Positions 12,001 to 18,600 of a DNA stretch of 64,000 nt are shown here, one piece after another. This DNA is from an uncultured Planctomycetia bacterium. GTDB taxonomy: Bacteria > Omnitrophota > Gorgyraeia > Tantalellales > Tantalellaceae. The position numbers and the translations under genes are program-made. The number at the start of each line of letters is the position of its first letter. The first letter of the stretch is position 1. Where the stretch lies: assembly GCA_964527765.1 (NCBI GenBank), contig CAZGQR010000002.1, forward strand, positions 135,701 to 199,700, given 5' to 3'. The notes beneath the pieces are model-generated. The model did no database searches, had not been told where the DNA came from, and was given only the letters and a program-made list of their open reading frames with translations.

Positions 12001-15000
12001 TCGGAAAGCGGTGTCCGGAACGGGCGTTTTGAATTTACCGTGAGATTTACCAAAGAGGGCAGAGAGCCCGTGAAGAAGGTCTTTCAGGTAGGTCCTTACA
12101 CAAGGGAACTGACAGGCCGCAATAAAGCGGAAGGAAAAACGCTTACGGTGCTGGATATCGACGACCGCCCCGGACTTAAAGCCGTTGCCGAACTCATTGC
12201 CAGGCCTCCCGGATATAACTGGGAGACCGCCGAAAATGACGGCAGGATCCCCGACCTGAAAGGCCTCCGGCTGGGGGCCGTGGACGGCCGCGGAAGGATC
12301 AATTTTTCTCCCGTCAAGGGTTATCCGTTCCAGTGGCACGTGCTGGGGTTCTACGAAGAAGGATGGGAAGCCGTTATCGTGGAAACTGAGGCGTGGAAAG
12401 AATATTTTCAGTTCAGTGTGGAGCTTACCAAGCCGGGCAGGGAACCCCTCAGAAAGGTCTTCCAGATAGGTTCCCTCACGAAGGATCTGTCCGGACAGTA
12501 TACGGAAAAGGGAAAAACCTGCAAGGTGTTGGATATTGACGACCGTCTCGGCCTTAGGGCCATTTCCGGGCTTATTACCAGACCGCAGGATTATGACTGG
12601 GGCTCCGCCGTGCGCGACGGCAGGCTTCCCGACCTGAGGGGCCTGCGGCTGGGAGTGACCGGAACACAAGGAAAAATCAGTTTCCATCCCGTTACGAATT
12701 ATTTATTCCAGTGGCATGTCCTCGGCTTTGATGAAGAAGGGTGGGAAGCGGTTATCGTGGGCAGCAGCGTGCATAACGGGCATTTTCAGTTTCTTGTAAA
12801 ACTTACCAGAGAGGGAAGAGAACCGATCCACAGGATATTCCAGATAGGCCCTTATGCCAGGATCATATACGGCCAGAACAGGGAGCGAAGAACGAAAAGG
12901 CACGTTCTGGATATCGTGAGCCTGCGGGCCGTGGAGCGATTGATGAATAAGGAGGAATATGTCAGGAAAAACGGGAAGGCGGCCTGGAATGAAAGGACGA
13001 ATGTTTACGAAGTTGCGTCCCCGGAAACTTTAGATCCCGTTGAGAGCGAGGAACTGGTGCAGAAAGTATCCCAGAATTTACTCGCAGTTATCGCATCTAT
13101 GACGGACGAGGAACGTGAAATAGTCTTGCGAATAGTAAGAAGAGATACGGGTCACAACATCGTTTCCGAGGGGTATGCGCCGGCAGATGTCCTGAACGTG
13201 AAGAGGAAAATAAACAGCGCGCTTAATCCTTTGCTTGATGAATACGGCCTGATCGGCAAGCACGCCGTCGTCAAGGGCATCCGGGCGGACGAGAAGACAG
13301 GAGAGATGACGGCCCGGATAAAGATCGTGGGTTCCGACGAAGAAGTGCCGCCCCTTATCCTGTCCCCCGGAGGAAAGCTGGATGTCCGCGCCTTGAAAAC
13401 GGCATTTGAGAGCATGGAAGAAGTGAAGTCAAAATACAACAAGGGAATGATCCTTTCCATGCTGGACCTGCTCGAAGGATCACCGCCCGAACTTTATACT
13501 TATGACGTTCTTGTGGAGGACCTTTTCGGTTTTGTTTCGGGCGAGCGCGATCTTATTGCCCTTCATGAAAGCGCAGCTTCCGACCCCATGGCCTTGTTCC
13601 ATGAGGCCGGTGAGTATCTTATAAAGAAAAAGATATTAAAGCTGAAACTGAGGCATGAAAGACTGGTGATCTCGACAGGTAAACGCGAGACGTTCACTCT
13701 CAACCTGGGCGGCGAGGCGCTGGCCGTTGCCAGGAAGAACACGGCCAGTCCCCACTATCTTTTCAGGGCTTTGCAGAGACAGATATTCAAGGAGAGGGAC
13801 GGGGATCTGACGGTAAGGATAAAGAACGAGCAGAAGAAAAAACTGTCGCATTCAACTATAAAAAATATTCTTATCATAGGGCAAAAACTGGATGACAGGG
13901 ACTGGCGCGTAGCCACGGCCGCGATCAAGACATTGGCTTCCATTTATATCTTCCTGATCAAGCAGGGCAAAGACGTTGACCTTGCCGCGTTTAAGCGGAA
14001 GATCAAGAATAAGGACTGGTACGTGCGCAAGGCCGCGTTCGCCGCGTTAAAACGCGTTTGCGACGCTCAGGCCGAGCAGGTAAAGGGTACCGATGAAGAG
14101 GCGCTCGGCCTTATCCGGGAATTCGAGCACACTTACCGGTGGCAGAATATCGAAACCGCACCCGAATCGATGGATGCCATGCTCATCAACATGTTTGAAT
14201 GGGGTCAGATGTCCCTGGCCGAGCTGGAAGGGAAAACCGGGAGCAATGATATGAAAGTCAGTGAAGCCGCGGCCAAAGCTTTGTGTTCCGTCTATATTAC
14301 CGCGTTTAACGAAGGCGGGATCCCCAGGTCTTACCTGGAGAGGCAGCTGAACGACAAGAACTGGTATCTCCGCAGAGCGGCGATGGCAGCGTTAAGCTCT
14401 ATTTATGCTGATCTGGTCAGGCAGGGAGAAAAGGTCGATCTGTCCCTTTTTGAAGAGGGGCTGGAACATGATTACTGGCGCTTTAAAGAAGGGCGCCCGT
14501 TACTGGATGCCGTTTACGTCAGTCTGGTCAGGGAAGGAAAAATGTCCTCGTCCGATATAGAACAGAAACTGGATCACAGGCAACTTCATATCCAGGAATC
14601 CGCGACAAAGGCATTGGGCCCTGCGTATATGATAGAAGTTAAGCAGGGAAGAGTGCCTTTGTCCGCCTTGAAGCAAAAATTGGATCACCATAAGGACTGG
14701 CGTGTCCGCAGGGCCGCGCTTTCGGCATTGGAACCGTTTTGCATCGATGCGATCGAGCAGGACGGAGTTCTCGACGATGATTATGAAAAACATCTGATCT
14801 GGCAGAAAGAAGGCTTCCCCTATCAGGAAGAGGTGTTCAGCCGGTTCCTGGCCTCCCCCCGGCCGGATGACCCGCGGCGTTTTATAGATTCCCTGTTCAG
14901 GCAGAGGATCCTTGAGGGCATGGAGAAGGATGTAATGCCCTGCCTGGTGAACGCGCTGATCGCCGTTTCGGAAAGGAAGGAAAAGGTCATCCTGGCCCTT

Positions 15001-15558
15001 GACATTGATCTCGGGGAAGGCCAGATAAACACCCTTCTTGAAAAGTTGATCAGGGTGATCCCCGCGCTTAAAGACAATAACGAGGACCTGAAAAGGTTCC
15101 TGGATAATCTGCATGTGATCAAGGGCACGGGCAGGGATCTCAGTCTCAGGCTTAATAACGTGACCGATCCTTCCAGGGGTTCCGCGAAGAAGGAAGACGT
15201 GATAATCGTGACCAAGGACTCGAACGCGGAGCATTTCAGGGATTTCAAGGGCGCGGCTACCATGGCTGTTGTTGATGACGGCGCGTTCCCGGAGACGGCT
15301 TACCTGCCGCTTCTGGAGATCATGCTGTTTGCGATCAGCAAGCACCTCGGGTGGGATAAGAAGGCCCTTCTCAAATATTACGGGATGATACCGAACGTGG
15401 TTTCCGTAGAAGATCTGAATCCCGGGGATTATGCCGGGCTGTTCGGCGGGGATGAGAGGCTTCTGGTGATAAGGCTCGTGCCGGACGCCGTGCAGTTCGA
15501 CAAGGAAGAGCTCAGGGAGATGATGGACAGCATAAAGGTCATGCTGGCCAGGGCGTAA
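1..15558 (+). CDS. Giant multidomain protein (>=5166 aa; first ATG at 58, but the frame is open with no stop back to nt 1, so probably 5'-truncated by the window). Domain order: N-terminal helical region / SF1B Upf1-like helicase / GNAT-1 / TM hairpin / ~1100 aa unknown / TM hairpin / Ser-Thr kinase / TM hairpin / HEAT array 1 / unknown / GNAT-2 / 3x tandem 126-aa repeats / unknown / HEAT array 2 / conserved C-terminal domain
   Basis: Single uninterrupted ORF in frame 1. Recognisable motifs: helicase Walker A HGPGGTGKTT, motif II VVIIDEGG, ITPYKAQ and a GSENKVIIWSLVRSN motif-VI-like stretch; GNAT RGIGRAL and QRSGLGKKL motifs; kinase IGVGGMGVVY / ALKIL / HRDLKPDNILI / DFGIAK / SYMAPE. Strong AGGAGG RBS of the next gene follows 50 nt after the stop. 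No ATG-proximal SD at 58, so 58 is probably an internal Met. Confidence 0.85.
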   Translation, partial: KALEKALDIYKPYLLVASYMTRSVIGGMIRHYKTCVTIENRFREGAFDKALSQIEKLETEGGLSPEVLSFIGKKAARIGDIQKEITSIKERFESGDLSLRSARNQARDMQKECPGYPDTKELFEYFEQKRIEVAGYLDGAGSSIELRRPDEAFSLIRKAMAIDKENKAMARPLVRIAELYIQGKDFDSARKCIDILIDVEGWRDDPTAEKLIVLIWELCRSGRYGDAIELSDRLFEKKISRWYKTKLRRIKSVAGASTILDDLDIHLAMIRNALEAEKAEEAIEQKILKQYRTRLIEYKKISPTKTGFRIDRFKHLKPEEVRKLFKIGDSFEVFGPLPDGDKSESNGPVVDVSFRVTAVGERGWVAFEMPPSALEKKEEFIRDIPRRGFIRKQPNIPFELQKSVLDDLKWKLWESLRAVDYEAIGKKAFFEPTTGHPIIDIVLGLKEAPKRKGSVSYGGEGPWDEWQRKAIASATDLSIPVTIIHGPGGTGKTTVTVEATRQLSGEIIRQFSKKKSRILITSQSNPAVDNIWKRAASKGLKFIRLAFKSSSIDTKVMRNWERRQKHLEDARKRYYGEEGAGPVYIGTNMGWANDPYVRNSAFYLEPDVVIIDEGGRSTPGETLYAISRIKPDGKVIIVGDHLQLRPHGFTREDVVRIKSALSYKERELERLYTEENLSKVTTSLFEKLCQRRDIDYHLLPVNRRSHPAITGFVNAFGYLRHGVKLLPRDWDKEKKEPCEKDIVTVIDYGDGKIHERLERDGQDRVLNGRIYNTREVNEVIAEIDRFLNMKHRGRPRYGPADITIITPYKAQIRAITEALKIKAIVNDLDEGVIADRKEAVAVLSDLPLRKISKRMFPHIVQDVKIASGMIEELIGKLKNNTRISPREMRIYARIIRNAALYNIRKKHGPRSVGYKDITSIRRVKLTAEGVEDEEEVMEGDEELDVATIDSIQGSENKVIIWSLVRSNRQNDIGFLGAHDGPNRNLVAAGRAEEYLTVIGDISHTLAWADYGLEKTNYSDLRKASIRQTAAAFRDGLEHCRANNTIIRTSTDRRTGRNSENDRPRSPLGGVHEGFLQLPMRLFFRSAAYLSGALLAGLTSLLFSHSAKDPAPIKKDIGEKDTAGYDRIESDPAKIDPARLTEALKEHLGFLMFHDKDARAQISKYLEDKKCLTAVTEDGEVAGCLIFTVDEEKLSARQMDIYVRCYQADRGIGRALWEEAKEYFARKGITKAEALCDRPVQRDFWEHIRENYGGPLEMIIRDRDEGAERFYSVYAFAPLAFLPFVTVVPGLSILILASTAAFVLLATLSSRGDLRRYEKSLFLSSFGNARGSTNDTDNIDMEMLYKASRPITIKDVGIPWAVFPKTGVMNKIEFRSIPCSVLDSSAAVYRDSKRDKYVIFIASLLLRKKHRSDIALYFALIDIFLVLHDGILERSGAFDPKRTNILASQGGFYREVVCAMLNGGMAEEFRIAARLETELSGREKASFRGEDVLSEGDREHSDMEKSVAGRSIINFIEWMKEPEVTVVDFSGEIKKAEKVYRPARTDMSARKHQKRMAFWSEHRQMIGRFIRGEYRDDPDRARILRKLDGAESLVFIKSGIVPFSRTRVRPPIKKGVRSFAGKENWLRIRTKIENGRLRIEYLLAGDPYFAHVSDSYEEGSETPLSLGKELIEWMTDKERPMPQSVLSIEADIKGRVHLGTFDGESMYLDLGKRFKETEGGLRRKVWIKAKVSRRDAKELAVYLRPDGPEIMRFRPIYKDASGKKLDRLEKRKDLILDMFSRDALVHWAGGGKVDMDSDIEFIWPVEKMRIVKLGDDMVASAGVDYEGDDILVRGKVNVPGEKRIEFCRPDGRQVPVQVRFYDEESGTLLNELSELRRRFASWEAGEDAPNPMVISGIFGNGFEIAEDVFVRIPKAERVKSGRYLVVFAQPGEYKGIKLYALNGQNAPLKFISTYYFHKGKRIKTGWDEEAELLSAEDESAIKEILCRCGYIAFLRESSFSADKLARYILQTLGRTPLNGEDIVKVTAVHTHAAGRAIEKCLSGLVGKGKLLRTGSGMYLPVVRRKCANMGHHAPKISLDGTHYAFGISAGVSDDATVFLAAEASNGKKFPIAVVKDGKPVLWYRVIRRADGGVASCGLRSCRSEIELLGRKGTFFFENWRANTKRGKGRGVAGRIGDTVIKGKPGEYFSGIVSDGKIVRLDVWRNPCHRPYKVVARPQGDKGVPVYKVDKDSEAYKREYTTKEDKIRFWERELYDLSGAKRRKAIQQLEKLGARFDGIRALTLVDCLNSNYGVSEGCRLFVKTFGVIVDACIKSAWRDERSRKELLELLYITDSSVIRKAFRGIASRDPSLYADMLGAYTKKYSADYKNRHDAYHLALLEALRADLKAKRFDRFPDRALDVLREWYEHKLRSPGKTPHIRARTKEYLKTIENFRKKSRNFRRKNKIRLYSIDPFTAGLAAAGVSSLFGSIGVSILSPLVLTVAAIIFSFSWFAAGGEDAGKGKKEDAKAKGPQKDSPLAHLPDLHKRFAVKKKIGVGGMGVVYLVFDVNLRREAALKILFDQSERARERFRREIKRLRSLRHPNIVKVLGSSSVRKDYKGPSYIVMEYVEGESLMKFYRKRKYNNEKALLELISDILLPVAKGIRYIHGKNIIHRDLKPDNILISKTGVPKIADFGIAKLGAGATRSDEHSLTKTGYVVGSPSYMAPETFRNMIETWIPDDIESLLPDKKSPGYKEWKKSPRYKPYEYLKELRRLVNKRQFKKMSVQADIYSLGLIFCETCTGKLPFKYEGDDGIKKLRSKVFERIPLDEIAPKLYSEFRKLIEDMLDLDPNKRPTSKQLVRKLERIEKKLKKRLEEKKKPVFKTVLKYGLIAAGIGATALVTHLLFPGLIRSILNWLGIGFILTAGTMVSVTGDGGPGTETEELSRSSVKDLLALENELSDSSAEVRADAIAKLGPVYTAFIGQGRDVRDRVFNLEQKLADNHPAVREAAGSALRSIYAALAAETKSIRLYESRLRRRMGADVREVSVRRAAVTALGLLYAALIDHGRKIDVSMLEQRLKDPDMQVSEAAANALSSVYVAQINAKGDVDISALEQRLNADRHLVREKAIKALGPVYRALIEKGKQVDLSDLKKMLGNACYWQVRRAATTALGLVYVSLIEQGRKEEIDLPLLREMLNDIDLGIRRVAVSAVGEVYAALIRQGEKVDFSDIEEKLNRYDEELRRRAAEQLSLIHDALEGRDRETDLSSPEETGPAGIAGIESGIILDQDYAKYLFWTREKLPYHEAVIDEYLASSQPQIFISDLKRRAERCVRKGFDPEDRRQLWLAFVGAKLNGIDITHHDFTERVERLVEFDEKHPGYFSDLFGKNKKLKAIEIAAGETHVVDTSEVDHAVLDAHLEELSSIKERVDSCRWLSEDFPKHKYFNLRNLYYQLKREQARQAGEYTGGKFFIILPSEDRMREEIAGNRKLFYRIVFKAAYLRLGDREISGNCLELMRDLVISDILSDDAMKGQLHSSDPETRVTALKVFYEDYKNHLPDASGIGMEKVRGLQKALDELSGEIYAEMAKIKIVRRKRRETYRLIPQGFLSVFRGRAGIIDCSFDAEYHGSAFTRAMHEDTGYYFVYNKKLKGYVGLCEGLTEKGEKVLTVDTINSPSLDGEEMLINLFVELEEAARELGCKGIALPENMVRSFNFDNKYTISGMDAYRKARPIKVVPVHSSSWKRLADTFGKDSYNSMESGRFKLLDLDSLRPPAPVSKSYEDGDIGIEQVDARGWPEIKDDIMKVEEESFTGPLRQTEEDISETFEDPDSICLVLKDKGAIVGYMMGGPLEDYYYLAGIEEDPGYGEENTVYIESIALLRPYQRSGLGKKLRNKFLDIAQQRGYRQVSGHIREEVARSRGDNILGAFGEWQGTDTTFCYYSNPIRSKKAEKKHALRLISELVTRSQDHDWEAADRAGELPDLKGLLLGATDGHGRITFRPVRNYPFEWAMLGSEEKGWEAVVSESGVRNGRFEFTVRFTKEGREPVKKVFQVGPYTRELTGRNKAEGKTLTVLDIDDRPGLKAVAELIARPPGYNWETAENDGRIPDLKGLRLGAVDGRGRINFSPVKGYPFQWHVLGFYEEGWEAVIVETEAWKEYFQFSVELTKPGREPLRKVFQIGSLTKDLSGQYTEKGKTCKVLDIDDRLGLRAISGLITRPQDYDWGSAVRDGRLPDLRGLRLGVTGTQGKISFHPVTNYLFQWHVLGFDEEGWEAVIVGSSVHNGHFQFLVKLTREGREPIHRIFQIGPYARIIYGQNRERRTKRHVLDIVSLRAVERLMNKEEYVRKNGKAAWNERTNVYEVASPETLDPVESEELVQKVSQNLLAVIASMTDEEREIVLRIVRRDTGHNIVSEGYAPADVLNVKRKINSALNPLLDEYGLIGKHAVVKGIRADEKTGEMTARIKIVGSDEEVPPLILSPGGKLDVRALKTAFESMEEVKSKYNKGMILSMLDLLEGSPPELYTYDVLVEDLFGFVSGERDLIALHESAASDPMALFHEAGEYLIKKKILKLKLRHERLVISTGKRETFTLNLGGEALAVARKNTASPHYLFRALQRQIFKERDGDLTVRIKNEQKKKLSHSTIKNILIIGQKLDDRDWRVATAAIKTLASIYIFLIKQGKDVDLAAFKRKIKNKDWYVRKAAFAALKRVCDAQAEQVKGTDEEALGLIREFEHTYRWQNIETAPESMDAMLINMFEWGQMSLAELEGKTGSNDMKVSEAAAKALCSVYITAFNEGGIPRSYLERQLNDKNWYLRRAAMAALSSIYADLVRQGEKVDLSLFEEGLEHDYWRFKEGRPLLDAVYVSLVREGKMSSSDIEQKLDHRQLHIQESATKALGPAYMIEVKQGRVPLSALKQKLDHHKDWRVRRAALSALEPFCIDAIEQDGVLDDDYEKHLIWQKEGFPYQEEVFSRFLASPRPDDPRRFIDSLFRQRILEGMEKDVMPCLVNALIAVSERKEKVILALDIDLGEGQINTLLEKLIRVIPALKDNNEDLKRFLDNLHVIKGTGRDLSLRLNNVTDPSRGSAKKEDVIIVTKDSNAEHFRDFKGAATMAVVDDGAFPETAYLPLLEIMLFAISKHLGWDKKALLKYYGMIPNVVSVEDLNPGDYAGLFGGDERLLVIRLVPDAVQFDKEELREMMDSIKVMLARA
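1390..3010 (+). other. Domain of giant ORF: SF1B (Upf1/DNA2/NAM7-like, AAA_11/AAA_12-type) helicase
   Basis: WQRKAIASA..IIHGPGGTGKTT (Walker A at ~1456-1482), DVVIIDEGG (~1819-1845), IIVGDHLQLRP, YNTREVNEV, ITIITPYKAQIRAI, IDSIQGSENKVIIWSLVRS, NRNLVAAGRAEEYLTVIGD. Order and spacing are typical of Upf1-like helicases. Confidence 0.75.
3410..3780 (+). other. Domain of giant ORF: GNAT-family N-acetyltransferase-like domain 1
   Basis: Beta-strand/acetyl-CoA loop pattern ..VAGCLIFTVDEE..IYVRCYQADRGIGRALWEEAKEYFARKGITKAEA.. (R/QxxGxG/A motif). Confidence 0.55.
7565..8545 (+). other. Domain of giant ORF: Hanks-type Ser/Thr protein kinase catalytic domain, flanked by predicted TM hairpins at ~7340-7490 and ~8590-8745
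   Basis: GxGxxG (IGVGGMGVVY), VAxK-like ALKIL, HRDLKPDN catalytic loop (~7958-7981), DFG (~8017-8025), APE (SYMAPE). Hydrophobic stretches LAAAGVSSLFGSIGVSILSPLVLTVAAIIFSFSWF and LIAAGIGATALVTHLLF / ILNWLGIGFILTAGTMVSV lie on either side. Confidence 0.8.
8800..9700 (+). repeat. Domain of giant ORF: HEAT-like repeat array 1 (about 8 units of ~38-40 aa: VRxAAxxALGxVYxALIxQGxxVDxSxLEQxL)
   Basis: Recurring VRADAIAKLGPVY / VREAAGSALRSIY / VRRAAVTALGLLY / VSEAAANALSSVY / VREKAIKALGPVY / VRRAATTALGLVY / IRRVAVSAVGEVY units. Confidence 0.7.
11290..11700 (+). other. Domain of giant ORF: GNAT-family acetyltransferase-like domain 2
   Basis: ..ICLVLKDKGAIVGYMMG..VYIESIALLRPYQRSGLGKKLRNKFLDIAQQRGYRQVSGH.. 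(canonical QxxGxG/A acetyl-CoA motif). Confidence 0.6.
11830..12945 (+). repeat. Three tandem in-frame repeats of ~378 nt / 126 aa in the giant ORF (unit: DWExA..DGRxPDLKGLRLGxxDGxGRIxFxPVxNYPFxWxVLGxxEEGWEAVIVxS..F.F.V.LTKxGREPxxKxFQxGxxTxxLxGxxxEKxKTxxVLDIDDRxGL)
   Basis: Units at ~11830-12215, 12216-12590 and 12591-12945; roughly 50-60% aa identity between units judged by eye; no family assignment possible. Confidence 0.8.
13860..14790 (+). repeat. Domain of giant ORF: HEAT-like repeat array 2
   Basis: DWRVATAAIKTLASIYIFLIKQGKDVDL.., WYVRKAAFAALKRV, VSEAAAKALCSVYITAFNEG, WYLRRAAMAALSSIYADLVRQGEKVDLS, WRVRRAALSALEPF. Same repeat flavour as array 1. Confidence 0.65.
14935..15555 (+). other. 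C-terminal ~205-aa domain of the giant ORF, homologous (~60% aa identity) to the C-terminus of the downstream 1450-aa protein; family unknown
   Basis: [92 protein letters not shown] aligns colinearly with 19340-19957 of the next gene. Both proteins end with ML-A-K/R-A stop. Confidence 0.8.
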
Positions 15559-15607
15559 TGCGGTACATGATCGAAGAATAATATTCAAATAAATAAGGAG
15601 GAGAAAA

Positions 15608-18600
15608 ATGAGCGGTTTGCGCAAAAATCTTGTAAGAAGCATTGTTTTTATAACGGTCATTTCAATGGTCTGGCAAGGTGTTGTCTGGGCCGATCCGGGT
15701 GTTATCCAGCCGGATAGACTGCAGGTCAGGACCCTTTTTAGTCTCCCGGACATGGAAGAGCGGGTCTCTCCCCTGGTTTCCGGTTATGTCGTCAAAAGGC
15801 TTGCTGAATTTGAACGGGACCTAACGAAGCAACACCCTTCGCGCATCGAAGATGCGGCTAAGGAACTTATTGTACAGATCAAGAAAGACGCTGATATTCC
15901 GGAAGATCTTTTGAAAATCGCTGCTTCCTCCGCGAAAGGGGAACTGGTAGTAATCCTGGGTTCACATGCGGTGAGATATTACAATCACAGAAGAGAGGAC
16001 ACGCAGGATCCGGGTCCCGGCCGCAAGGTTATCAAAGACATGAAAATAGGGGGATATTTTTCAAGGCAAATACTTGAGGTTTCCGGTAAGGAATACTTCT
16101 CGGGCGGTGCCGAGGTCTACTGGTCCGAATGGGAAGTCGTTAATTCTAACACATTGCGCGCCAGGGGCCGGAAGGGCATAATCGCGAAACGCGGCCCGGA
16201 CGGGAAATTCGATATAATGAGCGGCGGGCTGCCGGTCGATCCGGTCGATAAAGAAGTAGAGGATCATATCCAGGCCTTGAAAGATAAAAATAAGAATGTC
16301 CGCATAGCCGCGATAGGGAATTTAGGCAAAATAGGCGATGAAAAGGCGGTTCAGCCCCTTATCAAGGTCTTGAGGAGTGCGGATTGGACTGTCCGCGGAG
16401 CTGCGGCAGTAGCTTTAGGCAAAATAGGCGATGAAAGAGCAGTATTGCCTCTTATCCAAGCCTTAAAAGATACGACTGCGTATGTCCGTTCCGCCGCCGC
16501 GGAAGCTTTGGGAAAAATAGGCGATAAAAAAGCAGTTGAGCCGCTTATCCAAGTTGCTTTAAAGGACCAGGAAAAACGTGTCCGCGGAACCGCGGCGGAA
16601 GCTTTAGGCGCAATAAATGATGAAAGTGCTGTCCAGTCTCTTATCCTGGCTTCAAAAGATGAAGATCTACATATCTGCGAAGCCGCAACGAAAGCTTTAG
16701 GCAAAATGGGAGAGCCGTCGGTTGAGTTGCTCGTCCAGGCCTTAAAAGATCGGGATGAACGTGTCCGCAAAACCGCGGCAGAGGCTTTAGGTGAAATAAA
16801 TGATGAAAGAGCAGTTCCGCATCTTGTCCGGGCTTTAAAAGATACGGAGTGGATTGTCCGTGGAAATGCAGCGATAGCTTTAGGTGAAATAGGTGACGAA
16901 AACGCGGTCCCGCTTCTTATCCGGACTTTAAGAGATGAAGATTCGTATGTCCGCTTTACTGCGGTGCATGCCTTGGGGCAAATAAGCGATGAAAGAGCAG
17001 TTAAACCTCTTATCCGGGCTTTAGAAGATGAAGATTTAGATGTCCGTGAAGCCGCAGCGGAAGCCTTGGGTAAGATCGGTAAACCGGCGATTGAGCTGCT
17101 TATCCAGGCTTTAACAAAAGATGAAAGTAAGAGTGTCCGCGCAGGTGCGGCGGAAGCCTTAGGCAAAATAGGCGATAAAAGCACGGTCCGGTTTCTGGCC
17201 CAGGCTTTAATAAAAGATGAAAATGAGCGTGTCCGCGAAGCCGCAGCGAAGGCCTTAGGCGAGGTGGGCGATAAAGAAGTAGCCGGGCTTCTGGTTCAAG
17301 TCCTTATCAAAAACGATGAAGACCCAGATGTTCGCAAAGCTGCGGTAGAAGCTTTAGGTAGGATAGGCGATGAAAAGGCAGTTCTGTCTCTTATCCGAAT
17401 TTTTAATGACAAGAGCATGGTGGGGTACATAGGGCGTGTTCCCGAAGCCATAATAAGATCCTTAGGCGAAATAGGCGGTGAAAAAGCGGCCGAGTTTCTT
17501 ATTCAGCTTTTGAAAGATGAAGATTATTCTGCTCGTATAATCGCGGCAGAAGCCTTGGGCAAAATAGGTGATGATAAAGCGACCCAGGTTCTTACCCGAA
17601 CTTCAAAACAGGATAAAGATATGTATGTCCGCCGAGCCGCAGCGGAAGCTCTGAAGGCAATACGTAATAAGGCCGCGGCAGCGGTAGAATACTTCTCAAG
17701 CGGTGCCGAGGTCAACTGGTCCGAATGGGAAGCCGTTGATTCTAATACGCTGCGCGCCAAAGGCCAGAAGGGCATAATCGCGAAACGCGGCCTGGACGGG
17801 AAATTCGATATAATGAGCGGCGGGCTTTTTGCTGATATCACCGCTTCGGATAACGAACCGGAAAATAATGAGCTAAACATTGCGAAGATCGTTCCTTCGG
17901 AAACTACCTGTCTTGGTAAGCCCACGGTGAGGCTTGATGTTGAGTTATTGGGAGGCGCGAAGGGACACTTCGTCGTTCCGGCCGGGACCTCAACAGGCGA
18001 GGACGAAGCCAGGACAGTGGGCGTTGAAAAAGCAGTGAAGAACCTGGCCGGGATCCATACTGAAGTCACGGATAGAGGATTGAAAGCCGATCAGCTGACG
18101 GATATTGCCCGGGTAATGCTGGAAATGGGCAAGGATAAACTGGGCGCTGAAGCAACCCTGTCTTATCAGATGGCTTCGGCCTGGGCTGCGGCCCGCCAGA
18201 GAGGTTTTGAGCCCTATGAATTTATCCGGGAGATCGCTCCTGATATTGCTTCCAGATCCGTTCCCAAAACGAAAATACAATATAACATCACCAACGGAGG
18301 GGAACATGCCGAAAATGATCTGAACATGCAGGAATTCATGGTTGTTCCTGTAGGCAGATCCACGGCGGAAGCGAACCGGATGTGTGATGAGATAGACAGG
18401 CAACTGGGGCTTATTTACCGGAGCCTGGGATTAAGCGCCGATCCCGATGATAAGGGAGTGGGAGAAAAACGCGGCAAGGAAGGCGGTTACAAGATCGCGG
18501 ACCTGACCAGCGAGAGATTAAAGGAGATCTACGCGAATCCCCCCGAAAAGAGCTTTGAATATCTGAACGTGGCCGAGTTAAAGAAACGCGGCAATATCGG

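Noticed and set aside
11593-12687. 364-aa minus-strand ORF overlapping the tandem-repeat region of the giant gene
   Set aside because: Antisense shadow ORF inside a strongly supported coding frame; no recognisable motifs; its openness is explained by the repetitive, GC-biased sense sequence
14500-15753. 417-aa minus-strand ORF spanning the 3' end of the giant gene and the start of the next gene
   Set aside because: Runs antisense across a well-supported gene junction (stop + AGGAGG RBS + start on the + strand); no domain signal
16351-17184. 277-aa minus-strand ORF with its own repeats (ILPKASAAA...)
   Set aside because: It is the reverse-complement reading of the HEAT repeat array and its periodicity is inherited from the + strand gene
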